DNA of 64,000 bases from the NCBI GenBank assembly GCA_977016875.1, contig CDRNST010000323.1:1674001-1738000 (forward strand), in the 5' to 3' direction. Positions 26,898-38,700 of the stretch are shown piece after piece. The notes below the pieces were generated by a model, which ran no database searches, had not been told where the DNA came from, and saw only the letters and a program-made list of their open reading frames with translations. A program made the translations under genes and the position numbers. This DNA is from Pavona decussata (lineage: Eukaryota). The first letter of the stretch is position 1, and each line of letters starts with the position of its first letter.

Positions 26898-28177
26898 CCA
26901 AAGCTGCCATCTGGAGGAGGTTTATGGGCGGCCATCACCGCCAAAAATACAAGCAGTGCAAACGATATAGAATAAATAGAAATGGTTTAATCGTCCTTTG
27001 TAAATTGGGTTAGACAATTTAGAAACGATGCAGTTAGAATACATTTCGACAGGTTGTCTTTGATGGAATGATATAGCCAAACAATAAATGGTTTAAACAA
27101 TTGCAAAACTGTCCAGCTATTAATGGCAAAACGGTACACGAAAGACAGAAATGATCTTGTCTGAATGTAAATAATTCAGCTTCCGTTAGTAAAACAGCAC
27201 AGGCTAAATAGAATTGGACAAAGTAAATAAAAAGTGGTGAAGTAGTCAATGTTAAATTGGCAAAGTCAATTCTCAAACGGTTTAGCGTAATCTGAAATGA
27301 TTTAGTGCAATGCCAAACAGTTTAGCTTTCTGTGCAAACGGTTTAGCGTGACACAAAATGGTTTAGCGCGACATAAAATGGTTTAGTGTTACATCAATTG
27401 ATTATCGCCGGAACCGCCAAAAATACAAACATGAAATGGAACAGCTTGTTGTGAAATGGTCTAGTCCATGTGGGGTATGACGTCATGGGTGTGGACACGC
27501 ACTCTGTGCAGTCGGTCACACAAACAAGCTTCGCTTTCTCTTCGAAGAAAATTCAGGTTGCATTTACTCGTTTTTACTCGCCGTTGTCAACTACTTTATG
27601 GTGAATCGATTAACCTGGTGTAGATTACGCGTTGTTGAACGGGTGTATTTGCTGTCGTAATCCGACAACACGTTCAAGTTCTTTATCGACAGTCTCGCTG
27701 TCTAGAACGATGATTCTGCTTTTTTATTCAGTAGAACTGACATTTCACGTTTCACCTCTATTTGGATATATTCGGTTCCATTAGTTTGGGTATTCTTGAG
27801 TTTTCTCACCACATTCTACCAGGGTCAGTATTTTCGGTTTTTTGGAAACTAAAAGAGTTCACGATCTCAAGCGTAAATAAAATTTGTTGCTAGATATGGT
27901 ACATTTCCCGTGGTTCCAGACTTTCTTATAAGGTTGTGGCCAGAACGTCTGTATGGAGGCGAATGCTATCATCCTGTAGGACTTGGCCATTCTAATCAAA
28001 CAAACTGTTCCTGGTTACCTTGAGCGCGAAGCTGCAGCATGCATGCAATTAAAACGTCTTGCCATGAAAACCGTGAGATTTTAATCCTAATTGTAGATTT
28101 TAATTCTAACTATAGGTTAACAGTAAATTTCACAGCTAATTAAAATAGGTCACAGAAATGATTGAAATGATAGTTAA

Positions 28178-28409
28178 AACGTTTTTCTGGTTAAAAATTA
28201 AATATGTATATGTATAGAAAACTCAAATTTTTAAAAAACCCAACGTTTCGGCCAAAACTTCGGCCTTCATCTGGGGATAATGATTAGAATTTCACTTTTT
28301 AAATTTCTTATCACTTCCCCTGGTGAAGGCTGAAGTTTTGGCCGAAGCGTTGGGTATTTTAAAAATTTGACTTTTTAACGTATACATATTTTTAATCAGA
28401 GAAACAGTT
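28178..28409. mobile_element. Inverted pair of Penelope-like pseudo-LTRs with degenerate hammerhead cores
   Basis: Imperfect palindrome; arms read cccc(a/t)g(a/g)tgaagg..gaagttttggccgaa(a/g)cgttggg. Confidence 0.6.
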
Positions 28410-28721
28410 CACTATACTAAGTTCTCAGAAGGTCTGTGTCAAGCTTTACTCCACTAGGAGTGGAACCAAGACCTGTATCGACGCTGCGTCCGATGCTCGA
28501 TAGCGTTGAACTGCAATGGCTCAGTGTGGTTTCCTACTTTACTAGCATCCGTGTTATTATGTTTATTTGTTAGTCTGCTTATTGTGAGTGGTTTCTTCTT
28601 CCACCTACAAAAAATTGAACCAGTCAGTACCTCCAACGAGTACGAATATCAAATGGCTTTCAGTGATTTTAAACTCGTCGGTACAACACGGGGGTTGTGC
28701 GCTGTGGAAAGGAGCAACTTT
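28405..28721 (+). repeat. Segmental duplication, block B copy 2
   Basis: Matches 18328-18648. Confidence 0.93.
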
Positions 28722-31610
28722 GTAAATGAGAATAAATATCAGTGACAAATTCTCGAGGGATGTCCAGTCAAAGCTCACATGAAGTTGTAACAGGTGCTGG
28801 GATTCCTGCCGAGAACTTAGTAGAATATGGGGAACTTTAGCGGACGAACTTAATTTGAAAATACAAACCTGAGGTCATTATTTTAAATTTGGTGTGTTGA
28901 AATAGTATTTTCGGTCTTTGGAAAATTTTGAATGCGATAACCCTTGTACTTTTAAGACAGTAGGGAATTTGGTCATTTCACGTCATTTTGTGTTGTTGTT
29001 TCGACGATTCACGAGTTTTCTTATTAAATCCTATACGGTTTTATGACGTTTTCGTCGCCTTCGCCATAGTAGCTTCTTAAAACTCCCTTTTGTCTGAAAT
29101 GTAACAGTTGCCTTAACCCTAATTTAATCCCTAACGGTGATCAGCGTCAAATGTTTCCTTGCAATATCAATGTTTATTCAACCCCTGAGGTCATGAGAAT
29201 TAAGGATATGATCGACGAAGGTGAATTTTCTTGATATTTTAATTTCTCCTCATTAGTTTTATAAGACAAGACGCTTTTTCGAGCGTCACGCCGCGACCAA
29301 ACTTAGCGACCAACACTCGGCGACCAAACCGCCATTTTAACGAAGAGGGATCGTAGCATGCTGCTTTGCTTCTTGTAAGTTTGGTCGATTGTGGATGCAG
29401 CAATACACTTTATATGTTTATGTACAATCATTGTTATGAAACATGAAAGGTACTGTCTATATCAAGGCTAGAATCGCATCAACGAACTTCATGGAATGAT
29501 CTCAGTAAAGAGTAGAAGCCTGTAAGAGGCCTCAAGGAGGCTCGAGGCAGTTTTTTTGGACTTAGGGTGGACGTTTTGAAATTACAATCTCGCATACAAG
29601 ATAAACTTCGATCTCCTTCATACTACATCATCATTTCAACATATGATCAAAGTTAATTTTCTCATCGGTTTCCAAGCAGCAGCTATTACCATAGCAACGG
29701 AAGCGCATAGCCTTTCATTTTAAACATTGTCGATTATCTCGAAATCTAGTCAGACACTTTATGACGAAACTTTAGGGATTTAAACTACTCAATCTAGACA
29801 ACTTGTAGGCGAAATTAGAAAAAAATCTGTAAGAGCGTTTCCAAGTAAATAATGAATCAATTTTTACGGGGTCATTTTGTTTATTCCAGCATTTTTTACC
29901 AATATCTCTGGCAAAATAAAACTTGACACTTTGTCTTTTCTGTCAAAGGGTCTTTCCTGATAGCGAAACATTCTAAACGTTTGTTGAGCCTCATAGGTGT
30001 CTCCGATTTTAAGATATTTATGTTTAAAAAACAGTGAAAATAACCGTTATGATTATAACTATGGAGAAAGAGGCATCTCATGAAAGTTATGATATGTACC
30101 TACACTAGATTGTTCACTAGGGTGAGGAAACCTTAAATTTCCACATTGAACCTCGTTTCTACCTATTTAAAAATGTTTTGAGCGGTACCTTTTAAAGTAA
30201 CATTTTGGTCCAAAATTTTTAACATGGGAAACTAGACTACTAGATATTTACCCATATATAATAATATAATTAATTATTTTAAATTCTTACATACTTTGTA
30301 AGGCTCATTTGATCGTATCCACATGTTAATTTGCGCCATAGAAATATTTTAATATTTAAAAATTAAAATTATTAAAAAACATATTCATCAAATGTTCATT
30401 ATTTACTTCTCTTTCAGTTTCTTATTTGTATAACAAACACTTTTGTCATTTAATGCTGCATAAGTTTTCTTGTCGACGTCTGGGGCATATCTAAGATGGG
30501 ATGCTTACAAATTAAAACAGCAAAATTCTTTTTTCAAATGTGGGCATCAAATTTAAAAGAATGCATACAATTTCTCTACTTCTCTATTTCAAACTGATTT
30601 TGTTGTACAAGAACGTGATCGAGCAAAGCGAATAAGATCCCATGACGCTCTTGTATTTAAATCAACAAAATCGGTTTGCGCCGCAATTTCCAAGGGAATT
30701 TAGCAGGAATTTATATCAAATTTGACTCTTCTGTTTGTTCGATAACAATCTTGTAGTTAAAACAACAAAATCGGTTTGCGCCGCAATTTCCCAGGGAATT
30801 TACATCAAATTTTAATAGCCAAGATATGGAAACTGGACTTTAAAGCTTCAGAGAGAGCCGGCCGTTTCTCATGTGTTACTATACTCAGTGCTAGTCCCTT
30901 GCAGTCGGTAGTGCAGGCGTGAAGCGCACGTTCACAGGCACATGGTTAAGCAAGCACGTTACGTGCGCCTAAGTAACACTTGGTTGAATGAACACAACGT
31001 GATGTTCAAAGTGGTACTTCCTTTTTGATCGCAGTGGAGACGCTTGTTAAACACGTTACCAGCTCACAAGGCAAGGCGAATTTGCGAGCTTGCGGCCTTT
31101 AGAAGCCGCTCTAAAAGAAAAAAAATCAGAGTGGTTGGAGTTTACTTGATAGTGAGTTCAAATAAACTACTGATAGTTACACAGGCCGCGACAGATATTT
31201 GGTGGGATTTGCTTACTTGTGAGGTGATGCGGGATAAACGAGGCTTGTGTAACAAAATGAACTACTGTGAAGGCGGGCAGAAAATGCAAACTGCCTCATT
31301 TGCGTTTGGTTGCCGGATTAAATGCAAAATTACATGCACTGGTCGACATTACAATGTGTACTTTTCTCGAAGAGAAACGAGTTGTATACAGTAGCCAACG
31401 AGTTACACTCGTTGGCCACTGTATACAATAATAACTTCACTTATTTCAGGCTCTCAGTTACTTTTCCAGATTGTAATTTAAATTACTCTTTTCCAAGAAA
31501 TATCTTACCGCAGATCGAACACTGGGGTTAAAACTGAAATATAAATTGATTTTTTGACTTAATTTTCGGCCTGAGAACTGTCGGTCGCAAGAAATTACAC
31601 ACAACCCGTC

Positions 31611-31980
31611 CCGGGTAAGTGCAGTTTTTTACCAGCCAGTCGTGATGGCAAAATAGAATCGTCCGGCTTAAAGAATGTGAATTGATTTTACTTGAACTAA
31701 TTTGCGATTTTCCAACTCTCAAAACTTATGCAAAGTGTCCAAACTATCCAGGGTGGCTGAGTTACGCTCTAAGTGTGAACCCACACCGTCACACCCCCTA
31801 CCGGGTAAGTGCAGTTTTGTACCAGCAAGCCGTGACGGCAAAGTCACGAAAAGAAACGTCCCCTGAGAATATGAATTGATTTTACTGAACTAATTCGCGA
31901 TTTTCCACTGACCTCGCAAAACTCGCACAAGGTGTCCGAACTATCCAAGGTGGCTGAATTACGTTCATGGTGTGATCCCT
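31611..31980. repeat. Local tandem duplication, ~190 bp x2
   Basis: ccgggtaagtgcagtttt..gaattgattttact..aactatcca.ggtggctga at 31611 and 31801. Confidence 0.85.
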
Positions 31981-32644
31981 TTTAAAATTAAGATTGATAT
32001 AGTGCTACACTTTTATGATTACTGTGTTACAAGATTTACACCGATATAGAGTATAAAAAAAGTCTAAAATAGTTTACGTGGTGAGGTGGAAAAGTTGTTC
32101 AACACGTACTAATGTACGGTGCGGTCTCTTCCCTGTAACTACTACAAACGCTAATAATTCTATAAAGGTGTCATCTCTACACGCTTCGCTGAATCTGCTC
32201 TTGCATAGATACTACAATCCATAAACAAAAGTGTTGTTAAATATTTCACGTAGAGAGTACCGAGCAGTGGAAATTTCCAATTAGTACATCTTTTATTTTC
32301 GGAACAAATTTAGAGCCACTTTAGTCATTAAACGACTTGACAATCGGCGGGCAAGCTGCCAATCCATTGAGAAGACAGTTTGTATTTTTCGCAGCTCAAT
32401 ATATTCCGACTATTAAAATGTCTACAAGAAATATAGCTTCATTTGCCTATTGGGTTGAATATTTACACAAGGCATAAACTTGAGAAAAAAACTCGTTCCA
32501 CCATATATTTTCATTGCGTTTTTTTTCGACCCTCTATACCAACCTTCAGTATTATAGAAGCCTTAGGCAGCATCTCAAAGTTCATTTACTCGACTGATTC
32601 ACTTTATACAGTTCGTCCCGGAATCGGGTGTTTCTGTTTGTGGC

Positions 32645-32717
32645 ATGGCTTTATCCTCCTGTTTGTCTGTACTCCTGACGATCCTTTCGGTATTAGCGCT
32701 ACAAGGTGGCTCTCAAG
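32645..32717 (+). CDS. Exon 1 of lectin-ZP gene, signal peptide [24 protein letters not shown]
   Basis: ATG, hydrophobic core, donor CAAG|GTAAAT in phase 1 matching the next exon. Confidence 0.8.
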
Positions 32718-35700
32718 GTAAATTCTATAACAGTCAGCAAAGATTTAAGTGAGATAATCGGACATTTATATCTAGCCCGTATTGAGTATATTACGTGCCA
32801 TTTAGGACAGAAATTAACTATCATCGTTTTAGTTTTAATTCCTTGAATACTCACATAAATAATTGGTTTTCATTGAGTTCTCGCTATGAAGATTTTATTT
32901 CGTCTGTCCAGTCGAACTAAAGATTAAATCGTTGTAGTTCTTTTACATTCATGGCTTTCGTACCACAAGCTGAGGTAGCAACGTACCCTCACCTACTTTA
33001 ATTTTCTAATTTCTCGTGTTAATTTATTCAAACATTGACTTAAGTTTCAACGAAAATTATAATTTACGAAACTGAGTCGTCACTAAAAGCAAATAAAAAT
33101 GACACACCTTTCTGAAGTACAATTGTTTTTTGACCTACGGCCTCTCGCCGTTCAAATATACTGCTACAGAAATATCTAATAATGTCGCCTCTGTTAGATA
33201 ATTACCGAAATTCATTTTTCACACTTTTTCCTTAGCCCCCAAAATTTCAGAATCGTTCGAAGACCGGGATAAGGGGAAATGGTTTCAGTGAGAGCGAATA
33301 TAGTCTGGTGTTGGAAGAGCGCCAGGGCTGGAAACGAAGAATCAAGTCACCGCTAAAGTGTGGTCTGTGATTTTAAGACTAAAACTAAGCCGAAAGATGA
33401 TGGGGCAACTGCCAACCACCAAAACGAAACGTTATAGAAAATTTTAAAAACGAATGCACTAGTGCCAGCTATCATTTAAAAATAGCAGTTTTACGAACAT
33501 CTTGGACAGTGGCCTGGAAGAATATGCAGTCTTGATGGTGCACATCACAGTGAATCGACCGTATCATTCCGGCAAGTAATATAGTAAAACAAGCTTGACA
33601 AAACTGAAGTAGGAGAGCCAGTTGGTGTATACATGTTTCACTTAAACAAGGGTATTATTGCGGATTTCGCTAGCCTTGAGTTTTGAGCTTTATACTAAGG
33701 TTGTACTCAATTAAGCAAACATTTAACCAAAGTAAGCTTTTGGTATGGATCTTACTACGAACTCGGATACGGCTGAAATTAAAAATCGCACCTTGCACAG
33801 ATGCCAGTACACCGAATATTTAAATTGCTGAAGGCGATTATGCAAACCTGGGCCCGGCATCACTCACTCACTCATACCCATATGCCGGCTTGGCATGTAG
33901 GGCAGCAACAAAATTAAGCCACTCCTGTCTGTCCCTGGCTAGCCTCTGAATGGTTCCCCAGATATGATGTAAGGTCTTCAGTTCTGCTTCCACAGTCCGA
34001 CGCCAGGTGATCTTGGGTCGTCCTCGCCTGCGTCTCCCCTCTGGTGTCCAGTGAAGGGCTGTGCGAGTGATGTTGTCTTGCTCCCGTCGCATGACATGTC
34101 CGATCCATTTCCAACGTCTTCGCATAATGATGTCCTGGTTGCAGCGAGCAAGAAGTTCTTGGTTGGAGATGGTTTCAGGCCAGAATATACGTAGGATTCT
34201 TCTGAGGTTTTTCGTGTGGAAGGTGGACAGCTTGTTGAGGTCGCTCTCTGTCATCCTCCAACATTCCGAGCCGTACAGTAGGGTGGAGATTACACAGCTC
34301 TGGTACAGTCTTAGTTTGGTCTTGGTGCTGTACTGGGATGACTTCCAAACGCTGTTCATCATTCTAAACGCATTTCTGGCCTTACTGAGGCGGTTCTTGA
34401 TGTCGCTGCCTGCCCCACCGTCATGTCTGACAGTGGTCCCAAGGTATGTAAATTCTTCGGTCGTTGGTAGATCTTCTCCATTTACTGTGACAGGTGATGG
34501 GTTTGATACGTTCAGCATCATTACCTCCGTCTTCTTCTGGCTGATCTTCAAGCCTACTTGCTGTGCAAAGGTATTTAGACGGGACGTCTTCTCCTGCATG
34601 TGCTGGTGGGTATGCGACATGAGTGCTAGATCGTCAGTAAAGTCCAAATCTTCAAGTTGTGTCGCGAGGGTCCATCTGATGCCTCGCGCTTGGTCAGGTG
34701 TGGGTTCGCCATACGTAGAATAACAATTCATCTTGAAAAAGACAGAAACGAATGTGATAGACTACTACCCCATTCTTTTGGTAAAAAAAAATTGCATTTC
34801 TGGTTTGTTGAGTAGTATACAAAACTAAATTATTTCATTGACTTGTGGCCAAGGAACAGCTCCCTGTAATCTTATGCTGCCACACAGCTAAAACGATTCT
34901 AAGACAAGGATTGTTATAACATACGGGAGCAATTAGCTTTGTTATGCCGCGCCAGTTACAATTAGCCGTAAAAGCTGCTCTTTGGATACGTTGCTCTTTT
35001 TTATGGTGCTGACTGTTTATGAATCTGATTTCGGTCATAAGCGATTCATTCTTTCATCTCTCCCTCCCTTCCTCCGCCCTTCCTTCCTTCCTTCTTTGTG
35101 TCCCTCCTTCCATTCCAATCCTTCCTTCTTCCTTCTTTCAATTCCGTCTGTCTGTCCGTCCACAAGTCAGTCAGACAGTTAGCGACTTATGCATTTGCGG
35201 ATTTATTTCTTTCAGATGTATGCCCCAACAATTGGATTCATCTCCAAGGGTCGTGCTATAAGTTCTCGTCTAAGACTGCGACCTGGATTGCAGGAAAATC
35301 CGCTTGTGAGGCACAGAAATCTAAGCTTGCGGTAGTGAAGTCACAAGCTGAAAACAAAGCAATCACTTCGAGGTTGAGGGGTCAAACATATATTGGTTTG
35401 TACAGGGATCCTAAAGATCCTTCAAGCTGGCTTTGGGCCGACGGATCGCGTGCTACTTACACAAACTGGGATAAAGGTGAACCTGGATACAAGCAGCCAA
35501 ACTATGAAGATTGTGTCGCTATTCACAAATCGGGGTATTGGCATGATTGGCCATGCAAAACGGCTAAAAACTATTACGTTTGCGAAACAAAAGGTTAGTT
35601 AGTATTTAAGAGATGCAGTAGTGTTCCTTTACTGTATGGCTCGTATTTATAGATAGGTTTCAACGAGCGCTCTGAGAAAGGATTCACCGTAATTCCCACG

Positions 35701-38700
35701 TTCATGACGGACGGCAGATGTAAACACTCAGCAAATGAAGGAGCTGCCTAACCTCGTTAGAAAACAAGGGCAACGACTGTTTTAAAGCAGCAAAAATCTC
35801 TGAAAAAAATTCACGGAAATGAGGTGTCTGCTTCAGCGAAAACAGCAACTTTTCAAAGGCATCCATTGGGCGGATAAACGCGGCGTCACGGCAGCTCATT
35901 GAATTATGAATTCAAAATTAATTGCACACAACTCAAGTAAAACCTAAATTGTTTTGACGCCTGCAACAATAATATGTAGACTCTGAAGTTGACGACTCAA
36001 CCAACCGTCACGTTTTTCGCTACCGCACATCACTGTAGAAGGGCTCTCTGAAAACAAAGACAAAACAAGCAAAAGAAACAAACATTCTTACCGTGTTACT
36101 GGCATTTTAGCAAGGCAAAAGTGTGTCACCTGAAAACTACTTTTTGCAGAGTGAATAAGAACAAAAACAAATCTGTTTTTCTACGACGAAAAACAAATTA
36201 AAAAAGTAAAACATAGTATTAGTAATAAAAATAAAAAGCTGAAACTCGATAAACATTTTATGCATTCAAATGCCAAGCGGCGTAACTCTTTCAGCACGGT
36301 GCAGATTGAGAAATAATACATGATTGAGGCGATTTTCACTGTATTATTGTATGTATGGTGTTATTATACCACTTAGAAGTTGTTGTTGGTACAATTAATA
36401 AAATGTTATGTTAGACTTAGGAAGTTCACTATCGGAAAACACTTAACTCAATCACTGGAGAGCTTCATCTCTTGATCATCATTAACATTATCAATCTTAC
36501 TATCATTGTCAATTACTGCCGTGGACATCGTTTTTGTCAGTGCCCTTGCCATTATCACTGTCTTTGGTATTGTAATTGCCGTATCATTGCCATTGTCATG
36601 GTCCTTGCCATTATCACTACCATTATCATGGTCTTTGCTATTATCATTGCCATTGTCATGGTCCCTGCCATTATCATGGTCCACGCCATTGTAATTGCCA
36701 TTATCATTATCATTGTCCTTGCCATTATCATTACCATTACCATGGTCCTTATCATTATCATTGTCCTTGCCATTGTCATTATCATTATCATTGTCATAGT
36801 CCTTGCCTTTGTCATTATCATTGTCATAGTCCTTGCCATTACATTACCATTGTCATAGTCCTTGCCATTGTCATTATCATTACCATTGTCATGTCCTTGC
36901 CATTGTCATTATCATTACCATTGTCATAGTTCTTGCCATTGTCATGGTCCTTGTCATTATCATTACCATTGTCATAGTCCTTGCCACTGTCATAATCATT
37001 ATTATTACCATTGTCATAGTCCTTGCCATTGTCATGGTCCTTGCCATTACATTACCATTGTCATAGTCCTTGCCATTGTCATTATCATTGCCATTATCAT
37101 GGTCCTTGCCATTATCATTGACATTGCCATGGTCCTTGCTATTGTCATCATCATTATCATTGCCATTGTCATGGTCCTTGCCATTGTCATTATCATTACC
37201 ATTGTCATTTTCATTACCATTATCATTACCATTGTCATTGTCCTTGCCGCTGTCATTGTCACTACCATGATCATTATCATTGCCATTACCATAGCCATAG
37301 CCATTATCAATATCACTTTTTTTGCGACTATCAGTGTCATTATTATTATTATTATTATTGTGCAAAGGGTGTCTAATACACTTTTTTGAAATCAATCCAG
37401 TTAAAGTAGTTGAACTAGTACAAGGAAAATCCTGGACAAACTGGGAAGTAGCTGTTGGTCTCCAGCAGTGCAATTCAAAATATTTAAACTAAGTAAAATC
37501 CTTAAAATCGTTAAAACGCTATTCGGTCATATTCTATTTCAATTTCATTTGTAGAAAAATGTCCAGCTTTAAATCTCAGTCGCTATCTGAAAGCTTCACC
37601 GAACAGCTGTGTGACGTCACCCATGAAAATCAACGCCAAATGCTCGTTCTCGTGTCCACAAGGTTACCAGCTTCAAGGCCCATCCTTTAAGAAGTGTGGA
37701 TCACGTGGTCAGTGGACGAACAATGACAAAGCAGTTTCGTGCATTGGTGGGTTAATTATTATAATAATAATATTAATATAATAATATTATAATAAACCGT
37801 ATCCTCAAGGGGCATTCAAAGAGAAAGCGGAAAGTGAAAAAAGATGAATTTAAGTGCGCAGTGCGGGTGTAGTGGTTAGAGCGTCGGACTTTCGATTGGA
37901 CGTTCGGAAGATCAGAGGGTCGGTGGTTCGAGGCCAGATTGGTCTCTGCATTACAGTTTAATGCTTCCTTAGACAAAAAACTTTGCTCCACATTGTCTCT
38001 ATTCACTCTGGTGCATAAATGGGTACTGGCAACATTCTTCTTAAGGAACCCTTGCAATGGCCTAGCATCCCATCCAGGGGGAACTAGCAATATTCCTACA
38101 TGCTTCATGCTACAGAGACCCGGTTAAGCTCTGGCCGTATGGGCCATTTAGGCTCGTAATGTGACTTCACCTTATTTTGTATCATGCATGACATGCCCAA
38201 CATTCAGGCTCATCTTGTGACATTAAAAAGGAAATGCAAAACTACCTCCTGCCTTTAAAATGTCATGACACATTTTCCTTTAATAACACATCCGTACTTC
38301 CGTACTTTCAAAAGCTAGAAATGCTAATGCTTTCAAACTCTCTATTTCTTTCCGTAAAGGGCGTGAAAATTTTCTGTACACTATCAAAGCCCCATGTTTT
38401 AATAATACCCGGATTATTTTATTTGAAACTTGTATACAAATGTATGTAGTTTATATATTACCACTAACGTGAACCTGCCAGCATGTACCACCATAATTTT
38501 TGGATCTACAACGGATCCAGGAGGCTATAAGCACCAGTGTGTTTCTTTTAGCCCTCCTCGTCATTACTTCAACATTTTATTTTGTAAACTTCTCTTTTTA
38601 TTTGGTTACTCTTGAAATCGCATATTTAATTGTAGTTCCTCTTGACAATGGCGCCAAGATGTCGCCGAAACGTAGGACTGAAACGTAGACAGGACTTCTC

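Noticed and set aside
28506-28745. 79-aa ORF with a hydrophobic stretch
   Set aside because: Non-ATG start, frameshifted in the duplicate at 18430-18648, and no recognisable domain
34061-34723. 220-aa + strand ORF
   Set aside because: Antisense shadow of the RTE reverse transcriptase ORF
36448-37473. His/Cys-rich, Met/Thr-rich and Asp/Asn/Gly-rich ORFs (could suggest metal-binding or biomineral proteins)
   Set aside because: They are artefacts of a CAT/ATT minisatellite open in nearly all frames, inside intron 2 of a well-supported gene, with no signal peptide or splice support
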